64,000 bases of DNA from Ostrea edulis (taxonomy: Eukaryota): assembly GCF_947568905.1 (NCBI RefSeq), contig NC_079169.1:16802001-16866000 (forward strand), given 5' to 3'. The stretch's first letter is position 1; each line of letters starts with the position of its first letter. Position numbers and translations under genes: made by a program. Below the pieces are notes generated by a model that saw only the letters and a program-made list of their open reading frames with translations, searched no databases and was not told the DNA's origin. Of the stretch, positions 1-13,251 are shown piece after piece.

Positions 1-243
1 TTCTTATGTAAATCATTCCGAAACCTTACTGACAGACGTAAAGCGTCCCTAGACGCGTTCATTTGTTTTTCAAAATACTACTTTGTAAACTATGACGACT
101 TTCGTTCTGAATTCCTGGGGAACGTTAAACGGATTCGTTTAATCCGAAACAACTGTGTTAATTATTTCTCCTTGGACTATATTTCCGATCTAGTGCATCT
201 CAACGTGTGGTTTGTTAAAACAACTTTACAGAGTAAAGCATGA
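1..243 (+). CDS. Possible 3' end of a terminal coding exon of an upstream gene (80 aa, unknown product)
   Basis: Frame 1 is open from base 1 to TGA at 241-243 (FLCKSFRNLTDRRKASLDAF...TTLQSKA*) in AT-rich DNA; ATTAAA follows at 337-342. No family recognised. Confidence 0.3.
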   Translation, partial: FLCKSFRNLTDRRKASLDAFICFSKYYFVNYDDFRSEFLGNVKRIRLIRNNCVNYFSLDYISDLVHLNVWFVKTTLQSKA

Positions 244-743
244 CTGTTGTGTAAACTGCAAAAACATTGTGTAATGTGGACGAATTGTGACCTAATGAAT
301 TATAAAATTACCATTTCCTTCTATTGTTACACGTGCATTAAAACTTTAAAAACCCTCATTATCGTTTAATGTCTTTGTTCGATACATATACATGTACATC
401 GGCAGTATTGCAAATTCTTGGGATAATATCCAGCATATGAAGTGTGTATATTGTTCACTCGGAGTTTTGTAAAGAAGAGCTAGGTGTCGAGAAGAACCGT
501 GTTTCGTGTTATGGTATTGTGACACAGAAGAGGAGAAAAATCTTTGGATCCATCAGAAATCGAACTTTCGATCCTTGCATTCTATAAGTGATGAAACCAA
601 TGAGCTAACCAGACCGACATTCAAAGTAACAGGACTACAAAATATAAAATTGAGACCTATTTCGGAAATCATACATGAACACTTCAAATAGAGGAGATAC
701 AAATATAATTTTAGAAATGTCGCCCTTAAGGACATGCGTGACG

Positions 744-2135
744 TTTCTGATGATATCTCTAACATTATTTCTGATGATATCTCTAACATTATTTCTGATG
801 ATATCTCTAACATTATTTCTGATGACTTCTCTAACATTATTTCTGATGATATCTCTAACATTATTTCTGATGACTTCTCTAACATTATTTCTGATGTTTT
901 CTCTAACATTATTTCTGATGTTTTCTCTAACATTATTTCTGATGATATCTCTAACATTATTTCTGATGATTTCTCTAACATTATTTCTGATGATATCTCT
1001 AACATTATTTCTGATGATATCTCTAACATTATTTCTGATGTTTTCTCTAACATTATTTCTGATGTTTTCTCTAACATTATTTCTGATGATATATCTAACA
1101 TTATTTCTGATGATATCTCTAACATTATTTCTGATGATTTCTCTAACATTATTTCTGATGATATCTCTAACATTATTTCTGAGGATATCTCTAACATTAT
1201 TTCTGAGGATATCTCTAACATTATTTCTGAGGATATCTCTAACATTATTTCTGATGTTTTCTCTAACATTATTTCTGATGTTTTCTCTAACATTATTTCT
1301 GATGATATCTCTAACATTATTTCTGATGATTTCTCTAACATTATTTCTGATGATATCTCTAACATTATTTCTGATGATATCTCTAACATTATTTCTGATG
1401 ATATCTCTAACATTATTTCTGATGTTTTCTCTAACATTATTTCTGATGTTTTCTCTAACATTATTTCTGATGATATCTCTAACATTATTTCTGATGATAT
1501 CTCTAACATTATTTCTGATGATTCTCTAACATTATTTCTGATGATATCTCTAACATTATTTCTGATGATATCTCTAACATTATTTCTGATGTTTTCTCTA
1601 ACATTATTTCTGATGATATCTCTAACATTATTTCTGATGTTTTCTCTAACATTATTTCTGATGTTTTCTCTAACATTATTTCTGATGTTTTCTCTAACAT
1701 TATTTCTGATATTTTTTCTAACATTATTTCTGATAATTTCTCTAACATTATTTCTGATGTTTTCTCTAACATTATTTCTGATGTTTTCTTTAACATTATT
1801 TCTGATGTTTTCTCTAACATTATTTCTGATGATATTTCTAACATTATTTCTGATGTTTTCTCTAACATTATTTCTGATGTTTTCTCTAACATTATTTCTG
1901 ATGTTTTCTCTAACATTATTTCTGATGATTTCTCTAACATTATTTCTGATGTTTTCTCTAACATTATTTCTGATGATTTCTCTAACATTATTTCTGATGT
2001 TTTCTCTAACATTATTTCTGAGGATATCTCTAACATTATTTCTGATGATTTCTCTAACATTATTTCTGATGTTTTCTCTAACATTATTTCTGATGATTTC
2101 TCTAACATTATTTCTGATGTTTTCTCTAACATTAT
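744..2135. repeat. 21-bp minisatellite, ~66 copies (TCTAACATTATTTCTGATGAT-type unit)
   Basis: Tandem periodicity is directly visible, with variants GATATC/GATTTC/GTTTTC and a 1-bp deletion near 1521. Confidence 0.97.
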
Positions 2136-2229
2136 CTTTTCTAAACTCGTGGGGATTTTTGTGGCATTTCAGAATTTGTCTGCTGGTAGTGGTTATGGGC
2201 TTAACCCTAGGCCCGTGTCATATGCCTAA

Positions 2230-2680
2230 AAAATATTGTCTGATCATTTTAATCAATTTTGGTTTTGTTGAGATTGAGAAGTCTTCAAAAGGAGCAAACT
2301 ATAAAATGTTTAAAGAATGTTTAAAATTTGAGGACTATTTAGACATGTTAAAGGATTACCTTAGCAAAATTCAGAACACGAAATCATCGTTTACCAGTTG
2401 AAACTGGATCTTCCTCTATTTATGAGGATAGGTTTTGTAATTTGTGCAATTCCAATATTGGGGACGAATTACATTACCTTTCAGAATGTAAAGTGTTAAC
2501 AAAAATGAAAGGAATGATTTTATTGTCAAATTCGTTTTAGGTAGAACAAATGTTATAAAGTATAGATAATTTACTTCAATCACACAAGGTAAAGGATTTG
2601 AGAAATTTGTGCAAATTTATACGAGTAATTAACAAAAAAGTTTGTCCTCCCAAAGACATATTAACAGAGATTAGCAACTC
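2230..2680 (+). mobile_element. Degenerate 3' fragment of a non-LTR retrotransposon ORF2 (RTE-X-like C-terminus)
   Basis: Across frameshifts it translates to ...KFEDYL...KFRTRNHRLPVETG...RFCNLCNSNIGDELHYLSEC..., the C-terminal CxxC...DExH motif of these LINEs. Confidence 0.7.
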
Positions 2681-3539
2681 GTGGTTCCCTGTTTTTCGGT
2701 AAAAATGCATACACTGATTTAAATTGCGTATTATATCTTAATAATGAAAGATATCAAAGTTCAAACTATCTAAATCCTATCACGAAAACATCCAGGATAT
2801 TTCACTTCAGAGTAAAATGAAAGTGAAGTTTCAAAAGCCGACACATGACTCAAACTCGGCAAAACCGAAGAGATTTCAGCAAATAGTTACGATTTGTCTA
2901 TATTTTTGTTAATAGTACATTTGTTCATCATCAAATCATTTCATAATTTCTTACGTTCGATTCCAATTTATGGTAGGAGTGAAAATAAACTTAAATCAGC
3001 ATAAATTTCTCAAACCAATAAATAGGAATTAACAATTTATAGGCGAGACCGTAACATATTTTAAGCGGTAAACATGCCGCCCTGGGAGTTGCTTATCTCT
3101 GTTATATACAAATGTCATGTATGTCTCTGGTCCTCTCGAATGCCAATTATGCATTGTATATTTTGTTTTCATATATTGTATTATATCATGCCTTGCCATG
3201 AACAGAAACAAAAATTCTATCTGTACAAATTATTGTAAAATTCTCTATACCATGTAGTTATTGGTTTATGAGATTAAAGAATACTTCTAAAATACCCTGC
3301 CTCATATCTAAAACACTTTCAACCAGGTTACTCTTGCCCAACATTTCTAAATCACCACCAACTGACACCCTCAACTTTCGGACACTCTTGAAACAACACA
3401 TTTGGTGAGGAGATTGGATAGAAGGTGAACCTTTTAACCATTAAGGGCTACTGCAGATTTCAGTCACTTCTGTTACAATGCATGTCCACCGCCGTAAAAT
3501 GTACAAATCAAACCACCCAAACATACAGTAAAAATATCA

Positions 3540-3738
3540 TTTACATATTAGTCTGTTGGAATTCCCATGGGCATGAATTGTGCTCCTTTGTTAGCTGACC
3601 TGTTTTTATATTCTAATGAAGCAGACTTTCTATTCAAAAGCTTTTATATGAGAAGACAAATATCTTGCTGTGGCCTTCAACTCGACATTTAGATATATGT
3701 ACTACGTTTATCTATTAAAATTAATTATTTTTATTCAG
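3540..3738 (+). mobile_element. Penelope-like element (PLE) RT fragment
   Basis: Encodes degenerate VGIPMGxNCAPLLADLFLYS..., matching the other PLE copies in the window. Confidence 0.75.
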
Positions 3739-3741
3739 CAA

Positions 3742-4512
3742 AGTTGAAGAACAGAAATCAATCTCATAACTCCTATAAGTAATACAAAATAGTGAGTTGG
3801 GCCAATACCGACCCCTAGATATATCAGAGGTGGGATCAGGTGCCTAGGAGGAGTGAGCATCCCCTGTCGACCGGTCACATCCGCTGTGAGTCCTATATCT
3901 TAATCGGGTAAACGGAGTTATCCGTAGTAAAAATCACTGTGCCACAAACGGTCTAACAATCGGTATGAAACACGTCAGACAGCATTTGACCCAATGATAG
4001 GTTGTATTGGCAAATTAGATCGTTATAACGACCATATAATTTGCGAAATACTGACTTTAAACGAGACTGTTGAAACCCCTGCACCATGAACTTGTTTGTC
4101 AGTAGCTTGCCTCGATTTAAAAACTGACCTTACGCAGAACAAGATTGTGCCAATCGAATCAGTTGAAAGATATAAACACCATATGCAGGTGACAATGGAA
4201 TATTGCTACATAAATATGGGAAGTTGACGATGAAGAAACTGAAATCATCCTGTTTGTCATAAAATTGAGTTGTTAGTTTGCCGTTAATATCTACTTCCAA
4301 CAAAATATCTAACTTAAAGTATGAAGCAGAAGTGGACGACTCCATGGTGTCTTTTATTTCAAGATCGTAGGGATATATAGAATCGACATATGAATGAAAG
4401 TTATTATTGTTAACAGACAAATGTCGAATTGAAGGTCGCTGTAAGAGATTTTTCTTCTCACGTAGAAGTTTCTGAATAAATTCTGCTTAATATGGATATA
4501 AAAAACAGGTAT
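3742..4512 (-). mobile_element. PLE 3' part (RT C-terminus plus 3' end), inverted relative to the adjacent copy
   Basis: ORF 4130-4420 reads FHSYVDSIYPYDLEIKDT...YDKQDDFSFFIVNFPYLCSNIPLSPAYGVY; same 3' terminus as copies at 13252, 34463 and 55860. Confidence 0.8.
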
Positions 4513-4591
4513 AATAAATAAATTACATTTTTGAAAATACAGTAGAGCACATGAACTATTTCGCTAAATGCTGGTATACTTAACTTTAGCG

Positions 4592-4593
<2 letters not shown>

Positions 4594-4630
<37 letters not shown>
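4594..4630. repeat. (CT)n microsatellite
   Basis: Direct. Confidence 0.95.
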
Positions 4631-4633
<3 letters not shown>

Positions 4634-5084
4634 GCACGCGTTCACAATATCACCAATCCATGATTAATTCATTAATTTGAGGAAATTTGTCAACGTTACT
4701 ACCAGACTACCATTTGCGGACTGTCATCCTCCATAACTTGCGAGCCAGCTGGTGTGATGTCAATTACGAAGCTTTTCAGTGCCTGACAGGTGCATATAAG
4801 ACGAGATCAGCTTCACATCACCATATAACTATACCTGCTGTACCAAGAAAACCAGTTAGATATGCGCTCTCTTGTAATATTGGTGCTTTGTGTTGGTACT
4901 TGTTCGTCGGTTTTCCAAAGGCCAGGTAAGCTAAATATATTAATCATGTTCACAAATATGGAACGTTATTATACAGACAGTAGATCATCATACGCATGGT
5001 ATAAAAGTTGAAAACGTGGTTCCGTCTCAGTTACTGGTCCCTTCTCTTTCACTCCTATTGAGACGTCACCAACTGTGGGTGAAG

Positions 5085-5330
5085 TATCACAATCGCAGCT
5101 ATCAGGGCCCTAGCACTGAGGGGTCTTCAACCTGTCAGCGCTTGTCGCGATATTGTACCTTCATTTTTAAGGTCAAGTTCGAAAGACCCGCGATTCTCAC
5201 TTCTAAATGCTGAACGTTTGGCGAAGGAGTAATCCTTATCTATTTTCGTCTTAGGTTTGACGCAGCAATGGCACGAGCGGAGCTTGAACTCACAAACTTC
5301 TAGTTACGAAGCGAACAACCTGATCAAAAT
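5085..5330 (-). mobile_element. Degenerate tRNA-derived SINE (Meta/Deu-domain bivalve SINE-like)
   Basis: Reverse strand has a B-box-like GTGAGTTCAAG, then CTCCTTCGCCAAACG...AGAAGTGAGAATCGCGGGTCTTTCG; related copy at 45540-45730. Confidence 0.55.
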
Positions 5331-5371
5331 ACAGATCTCCCAAATAGCGCACTGTATTTTAATCAATCTGA

Positions 5372-7948
5372 TTAAAATAAGATTCTTTGATCCGCTCACG
5401 TAGATCGCTACACAAGGATCTAAAGTAACACAATAGAGGTTCAAGTCCGCATGACCTTTCGTTTGGAATATTAATGAGAACCATCAGCCAATCAGATTGC
5501 GCCATACAGATAATGACGTCCCAGTTAATTTGTAAGCAAGTCACGGTAATGTTTATTCCAAACTATAAACTGCATAAGGATCTTCAGAACTTTCGGAATA
5601 ATGACAAATTTATTCGATTTTGTATGGACTAAAACCTGCCCATATGGTAAAATAATAGTCAAAATTGTGTAACTTCAATTTTTATCATAATTTTATTATC
5701 TTTTGTTTTCCGAAAAATTCCAATTTATCGAGTACATATCATGTGAAGATCTTTTAAGAAACACTAAAAAAAAAATTTCTAAACTGTGTATCAGATGTTT
5801 TGGGTGAAAGAATTAAGATAGCAAATTTCTATTTTTAGATCATTGTGAAGTTGTAAGAGTTATTTCCCTTTACCTCATTTAAGATTTTTAAATTTTTTAA
5901 TTATGGATATGACACACACTCTCATACAAGTATAGACCTGTAATCAATTTCTTCCTAGAATTTTTAACAATTGAAATAAATGTACTTTAAAACTTGAAAT
6001 TTTCACTTTTATTTGGAGTACTGTAAAATGATGTTGCCAATGGTAACCAAATAAGGCACTGTACACCTTGTCGATTACCAGATTTTGACAAAATTCTCAA
6101 AAAAGTCTTAAAATACATTGAAATGAATAATTATGAGAAAAGAAAGTGAAACTGAAAACCTAACATGAATAGCTTTCTGCATGGTTTTCTAGTAGACACG
6201 CACTTAACACAAAAAATAATGCACGAGCTAGATATACAATCAAATTTGGTAAATTGGCAATTACGATTCATGTATGAATATGGATGAGTACGATTAGGCT
6301 GTCTTTTAGCTCTAAGGATTCTTTAATCTTTTGTACCGACCTAAAACACTTCTGGCACACACCTGTATCGGTGCTTTCAATGATGTCGAGGTTGAGAGCG
6401 CTGCTAATCAACTATTTTCGTTCGTCGATCAATTTGAATTTTCTATCCAAGATTTTTTTTTATTGTTTCCTCTCCATCGATATTTTTAGAGGCGAACTAA
6501 AGAGAACCCGCAGTGAATGCAGATATCATTTACATTGCATGTTTTGACAGGTGTGCAGCCTCCGATCATGGGCACAGTCATTTTTAACTTGTGTAAATTG
6601 ACACAAGAGCATCGCTGGCAGAAATTTGACATCATGTACATACATGCCAACTTTTAAAAATCCCCATGGGGGATTTTGCGCGCGACGACCTTTTTTCAAA
6701 GCTCAAAATTCACGACATTTTAGCATGAAAATAAATATTTGTCCTTTCAAATAAAATATCAATCAAATCATTGTTAATGTATCATATATTAACACAACAT
6801 CAAATGTGTTTGACCATTAACTATATAAAAAAAACTTTGAAAGATATACATTAATATTTTATTAAAATCATCTATTCAGCAAAAAATCTTCTCCAACAAG
6901 TCACATACATAATATCAAATAATATTTAAGGTTGCATCCTTTTACACCATACAATAAACATTGGCCGGTCTATATATCAAAATTTAAATTAAAGCACATG
7001 CATTTAGGTACGACTGCAAAGGCGATCTTGCTTGTCTGTAAACATGGGCTTGCAGAGACTGGTGGAATAATCTGCATTGCAACCAAAAAAGGAGTGATCT
7101 GCCCTGCTATGAAGTTTGCGAACAAAACCTTTGCACCCATGACATCTGAAATAATTACCAGGAAAAAAAAAACACATCAAAATATTCCGTTTTACTTGTA
7201 AATTAAGGCTACTTGCTAAATAAAAAATTCAGTACAGACTTGTGCGAATTACGCATCACAAAGTATATTTAATGAATACTACACTATATAGACTATATAA
7301 TACATCGCTATAGACGGATAGATTTGGATAGCCTATATTATTATAGTTGGAAAAAATATATACTTGACGTACCTTATTGCAAATTTTGGATGCTGTCATC
7401 GAGAGGCGGAATGTCCGATTGTTTGGTGGTGACACTAGCATCGTTGTCATTCACGTTTGTGTAAAGGATAGGTCAATTTGAAATCCGTCTTCCCGATTAA
7501 TTACTATCAAAACATGCTTCGTACTGTCCAATAAACACCTGCACCCCGACACAGGCAGACCAACCCGACACCATGCGACACAGGTAAACAGCAATGGCTG
7601 ACTATTGTCCCGATTTCTGATTGGCCAGTTCAGAAATGACGCGGGATTTCCAATTCTGGTCACGAGATTTCACGATTATCCCGCTTTCAAAATCGTTTTC
7701 AATCGTGAAATCGGAAATTTTGGTCGGAAAAAATTTCAAATCGGGATTTTAGGGTAATTTTGCTTTCCCGATCGGGAAAGCGGGACCGGAGGGTAAAATC
7801 GGGAAGATCCCGCCTAAATCGGGAAAGTTGGCATGTATGCATGTATTTGATTGGTTTAACGAAAGCCATGCGGACGTGACCCGCTATTGGGTTACTTCGG
7901 ATCCTTGTGTATCGATCTAAGTGAGCGGATCAAAAGATCTGATTTTAC
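5372..7948. mobile_element. Non-autonomous DNA element bounded by ~80-bp imperfect inverted repeats (5372-5453 / 7867-7948), carrying nested insertions
   Basis: TTTGATCCGCTCAC(G/T)TAGATCG(C/A)TACACAAGGATC occurs in inverted orientation at both ends. Confidence 0.6.
6639..7839. mobile_element. Non-autonomous TIR element (TIR CATACATGCCAACTTT)
   Basis: 16-bp TIR, flanking direct repeat CATGTA, and clustered subterminal AATCGGGA motifs at the right end. Confidence 0.7.
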
Positions 7949-8271
7949 TCAGAATGGGATTGTCGAGGGAGCACTCAACCACTGAACTACCGCGTCAGAT
8001 CCCAGGTAATATATAATGTAAACGTCATTTACCTACAAAACCCTGTCCGTCTGATTAATCCGCGCTTTCGCTTGCGGCTATTTAGAATCATCGTCGGATC
8101 ACCACGACTTCTTCTTTTAAAATTCCAAGTCTTGATTTTATGAACGTAACAGATAGTGAAAAAGTGAGACTGAGGTCAAAGGTGAGCTCGCTAACAGCAT
8201 GTAGACCCACCGCGGTTCACGTCGCCATGTAATTGTTTATTTTCTAACGTCAACTTGCGACGTCACGTACA

Positions 8272-8535
8272 TTGATTGATTGATTGATTGTATCGTGTTT
8301 AACGTCTCGAGAATCTTTCACTCATATGAAGACATCACCATTGCCGGTGAATGGCTACAAAATTGAGGCCTATACTTGGCGCTTATGGCCATTGAGCAGG
8401 GAGGGATCTTTATCGTGCCACACCTGTTGTGACACAGGACATTTTTTGTGGTCTCATCCGAAGGACCGCTCCATTTAGTCGCCTCTTTCGACAAGCAAGG
8501 GGTAATAAAGACCTATTCTATAACCCGGATGGGGC
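8272..8535 (-). mobile_element. Deu/Nin-domain SINE-like element with (CAAT)n tail and a non-tRNA head
   Basis: Central GGTCCTTCGGATGAGACC...CAGGTGTGGCACGATAAAGATCCC resembles the Deu domain; five copies in the window. Confidence 0.75.
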
Positions 8536-10076
8536 GTTCACTATCCGAATCGAAGAGTAAATGATTAAATAGGAAATTAGCATGATAATTTTTAATCCGA
8601 TCACATAATTGCATAAAGTATATAACTTATAATTATAGCTTTATATAAACCACTTGGTTATTTTTTAATTCCTACGATGATATCCAATGAATATGGCATA
8701 TATAGTTAATGGGATTTTCATCAGTTGAAATTTACAGTTTTTCTTTTGTTATAAATGTATAAATATTTTTTATGAATAAGTGGATTAGAATAGTTTTACA
8801 CAGGATTACATGTACATAAAACCCAACTTCCAAAATCGTGTTTGTAAACACGGTCACAAACTTTGTTTTGTCTTATGAATTTTATTGCGCATGTGTGGAC
8901 GTGTATTAGAATGAATCCTAGCCTAGTACCTGAGGCCTTCCGAATGCGCGCATGTGTGCATATCATTATAATTACAATATAAAAGTATGATTTAAAAATG
9001 GTATTTATTTGTAGAGAAATGGCCTTGTCTCACTCCAAGTTTCAACAGATTACAAGCATGCACGACCAGCGACCCATGCTGTTTCGTTGAACCAGTCTTT
9101 AGGAATGGATGCTTCCACGGCTGTGACGTGAAATGTCGAAGTAAGACTTTTTCACAAATATATTTGTTTATGAACGTGTAACGATAATATTTCACCTATC
9201 GAATTTGGCTAATAATGCACGATAAGATTGTATTGAAATGCAAATAAACACAAACACGAAAAAACTGCAGGCCGCCGCCATGTCCGGTTCATGTATCTGG
9301 GACTGATTCACAACCGCCCAAATTTTGTTTTTCACTTTAAATGATCAAAATCTACAGTCTAATATTTTTAGAATGTCTCACAAAAAATTAAGATTATTCA
9401 TCATGACAGAAGCTCATTATAGAGAGTCTATGATTTGTTTTGAAAACAAAGATTGAGGTGTGTTATTGTTTACGAACTTTTCAAAATAAATGGATATTGA
9501 TCCAAGTTTATTATATATCTATATATCACATCTCAAGTAAACTTTAGGTAAAATGTGTCATTTAAAAGTTAAGATTTGTGATTGTACAAACTGTAGATGC
9601 CCCCCAATGAACCAGAGATGAGTATTGGTGGCGAATTCTGTTTGATTTTACATGCATGATATTATGTGTAGTAGCTCACTGCATGCTGCCCACTTGCACA
9701 ATATGTAGACACACGGAGTGGTTGCTTTCTATATTCCTTTCATACGTGCGGCTTTTTTTTCAGATTCCGCTTTCTGCGAGCGGGCTTGCCCCGTGCTGTC
9801 ATTGGACACTGAAACAATGAAGCAATGTATCAATAGAGACCCCCACTGTTTCGTCCAAAAGCTGACAGAGGTTAATCTGATGAATGGCAAGCAGTGCTTC
9901 AGCGGCTGTGTAAAGGCCTGCCTATAAATGTTATTCCTCGTCATTAAAGTCTTAAATTGAAAACACTATTCTTTACTTGGATTTTTCAACACCAGAATAC
10001 CGACTGAATTGTGATAATGGATATTGCCCATCACAGGCTCCTTAAACCACCGCGGGTCCCGGATGCTAATCCTTCC

Positions 10077-10169
10077 TACAAGCAATTGCATTGCTTGTGG
10101 TCGAATTTACAATTAAAGAGTATTCTTTGATAGTAAATTCGCCGTCAAGCGATGCAAAATTTGCCTGTG
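10077..10169. mobile_element. ~90-bp palindromic MITE with 8-bp TSD (ATCCTTCC)
   Basis: Hairpin homologous to 63611-63699; direct repeats at 10069-10076 and 10170-10177. Confidence 0.75.
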
Positions 10170-10334
10170 ATCCTTCCTAAATCATTAAAAGGGTTAATTA
10201 AGCCTTGAATTTCGTAATATTTCAAGTCTAGATGTGGTTGTTTTTGGTTGTTGTTGTTTTTTTTTTTTTTTTTTTTTTTTGTTTTGTTTTTTTTTTTTTT
10301 TTTTTTACAGATATACGTCTACTATTGCATTCAA

Positions 10335-10820
10335 ACTTTTTTTAAATTACAAACTTGTAATTTTGAGATTACAATATTTCTCTCAAATCAACAGCATCAA
10401 AACTACGACTCTTCAACACTTAGCACCACCATTTCTTACATTAACTTAAAGACTAGGATTTTTGACATCATAGAGAGCCGCTTCTTGAATAAAAATGGTC
10501 CTTGAGAATATTCAGATCTTGTGATCAGTCATCCAAAAATTACTCTTTAATAATAACTATTCCGATTCTGCGCACAAGCAATTAATTAAAAGATGCTGGA
10601 GTTTCTCATTGACAAAATCTACGTAGTCATTGATAATCGGATATTCCAGCAATCTACTGGAATTACCTTGGGCACAAAGTGTGCTACTTTATCAGCTGAC
10701 CTGTTTTGGTATTCTTATGAGACAAAATTTATTCAAAAGCTTCTACATGAAAAGAAAAAATCTCCTGCTATGGCCTTCAACTCGACATTTATGTACATAT
10801 TCTTACAAAAGATATATTAA
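10335..10820 (+). mobile_element. PLE RT fragment (5' part of an interrupted copy)
   Basis: ORF 10593-10820 reads MLEFLIDKIYVV...FQQSTGITLGTKCATLSADLFWYSYE; a degenerate KTYDFSTLYT-like motif lies upstream. Confidence 0.8.
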
Positions 10821-10839
10821 TATATTTAGTTGCCGTATG

Positions 10840-13022
10840 ATTTGACTTTCTTCCGTCTCTAGTTGTATTAGTAGGTCGCTCTATCAAATTTCGTGCATGT
10901 CATAACACCTCAACACTCAAATATCAACCGTAACAGTCTCTGATGAGCCTAGCGAGGTTGTCCCTATTCCAGCTGTTGCGGACCAGTTTCCAAAACAGAG
11001 GAGAATACAGGTGAAAGTGGCTCTGGAGAGAAATGTAAACATTAAACAATTGAGTGGTATAAATGAACATAAATTAGTACATATACCTACCAAGAACAAT
11101 GAGTGGTACAATGGCTCAATCCATGAAGCCAGACAACGGAGAAGACAATTGGAGCGTAAAGCCATGAGCTCAGGCCTGGAGGTACATAGACAGATGCTTG
11201 CGGAACAGACCCGAGCTGTGTATATGATCAACTCCTCAAAGTCCAGCTATTATCGGGAAAAGATCACCAGTAAAGAGACTTTTAGAGTTAGTAGCAGTCT
11301 GGTGAATTATAATGCAGGGACTCCCTTAGCACCAGCTACCAGTGACCAGACCCTTGCCGACGATTTTGTGCAGTTCTACTACAGCAAAGTTCAAAAGAGC
11401 AGACAAGGTCTCGATGCCTCATATCCCTCTGACAATACAGCTTTTCCAGACCTGGACAGACCAGTTCCTCATCTTGGTTCCTTCAAGGTCCAGACGCAGA
11501 AAGAAGTGGACAAGTTCATCAGGAACTGTGCTAATGAGACCGGCTCACTGGATGCCATCCCCACTGCGCTCTTGAAGAACAGCACTGTCCTCTCTGTGGT
11601 GCTACCGACCATTGCTGAGCTGGTGAATACATCACTTTCAACTGGGGTCTTTCCAAATGAGCTGAAACGTGCACTTGTTACCCACGTCTGAAAAAGCCTG
11701 GACTTGATACGAGAACTTTTAGTTACTATAGACCAGTCTAAAATATCTCATTCATCAGCAAGGTCATCGAGCGTGTTGCTGCACAGCAGCTTAATAGTCA
11801 TTTCTCCAGGAATGGTCTACATGATGATCTGCAGTCAGCTTATAAGACCGGTACCAGCACTGAGACAGCCATCCTGCGAATAAAAGCAGACATAGAAGTA
11901 ATGGATGAAGGTGACTCTATGCTCCTGGTCCTTCTTGACCTAAGTGCGGCATTTGATTCCATCGATCATACCCTCTTGCTGGACAGACTACGTGAGGAAG
12001 CTGGATTGACGGACACAGCACTCCGTTGGGTACAGTCTTACCTGAGTGTCCGCATCCAAGCGGTGAAGATCAACACCAGTGTGTCCTCAGATGTATCACC
12101 GGAGTGCCACAAGGGTCTGTTATTGGCCCCCTTCTCTTCCTGGTGTACCTTCTCCCACTCAGGATAGTTATCAACCAATATGCCATAAACCGTCATGGGT
12201 TCACAGATGACATTCCACTTTACAGCCGTTTGAGTGTATAAAACACTGTCATACGTACCTATCAAGTCAACATTATGGAGGAGTGCAGAGCGAGTGTCTG
12301 AACCTGGGTGACTGTGAACAAACTCAAATTAAATGATGGAAAAACTGAGATAATGGTGGTTGTCAATGCCCACAACCAGTGCCGTGTGAAGGATGTCCGT
12401 CTGAAGATTGGTGAGGTAATATTGACACCTAAGTCTACTGTTAAAAACCTCGGTACTGCCTTGGACCTTACCTTATCAATGGAAATACATGTCAGCTACG
12501 TGGTAAGAAAGATGTACTTCAACATCAAGTGAATCTCCATGGTGAAACACCATCTCACCCAGGAAGTGTGTGCGAAGGTCATCAATGCAACAGTCATGTC
12601 CCACCTTGACTATCAGTTATATCCTTGACTATCACAATGCCCTCCTGCTTGGCATAACCGATCGCCCAATGCACCGACTACAAGTGGCTCAGAACAATGC
12701 TGCACGTTGTATCACAAGAACATGCTACAGACAATATATTTCGCCGGTACTTCAACAACTACACTGGCTGCCTGTAAAGCAACGCGTTGTGTTTAAATTG
12801 CTGACAACCATACATATGTCAATACATGTACACCCTCTCTCAGCACCAGCATACATGAGAGAGCTATGTCCTGTTTACCAACCACATAGTGCCTTGAGAT
12901 CATCATCTGACCAATGGAAACTGGCAGTGAAGAAATCATCAAACAAATACGGTGCAAGAGCCATAAAAACACTAGGTGTACAATTGTGGGATAAACTGCC
13001 ATTGGAACTTCGAGAGCTTTTA
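10840..13022 (+). mobile_element. L2/CR1-group LINE ORF2 remnant, truncated at both ends, with stops and frameshifts
   Basis: Motifs LDAIPTALLK, GVFPNELKRALVT, LLVLLDLSAAFDSIDHTLLL, GVPQGSVIGPLLF, HGFTDDIPLY (degenerate YADD), LKLNDGKTE and LHWLPVKQRVVFKLL. Confidence 0.9.
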
Positions 13023-13024
13023 CA

Positions 13025-13251
13025 TTTTCATTCATTTGTCGATTAGATATATCCCTGTGAACTCGAAATAAATGTCACAACAGAGTCGTCCCTTCCTGTT
13101 TCATACTTAGATATTTTATTGAAAAGCGATATTAACGGCAAACTAACAACTATATTTTAAGGATAAACGGGACGGTTTCAGCTTCTCTATCGTCAACTTT
13201 CCATACTTATTTAACAATATTCCATTCTCACCTGCATATGGTGTATATGCA
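13025..13251 (+). mobile_element. PLE RT fragment (continuation after the L2 insert)
   Basis: Resumes the PLE sequence TTTCATTCAT.TGTCGATT...CACCTGCATATGGTGTA. Confidence 0.75.

Noticed and set aside
553-2401. Long ORFs (318, 284, 555 and 207 aa) over the 21-bp array
   Set aside because: The unit length is a multiple of 3 and stop-free in several frames on both strands; there are no splice or promoter signals. These are repeat artefacts.
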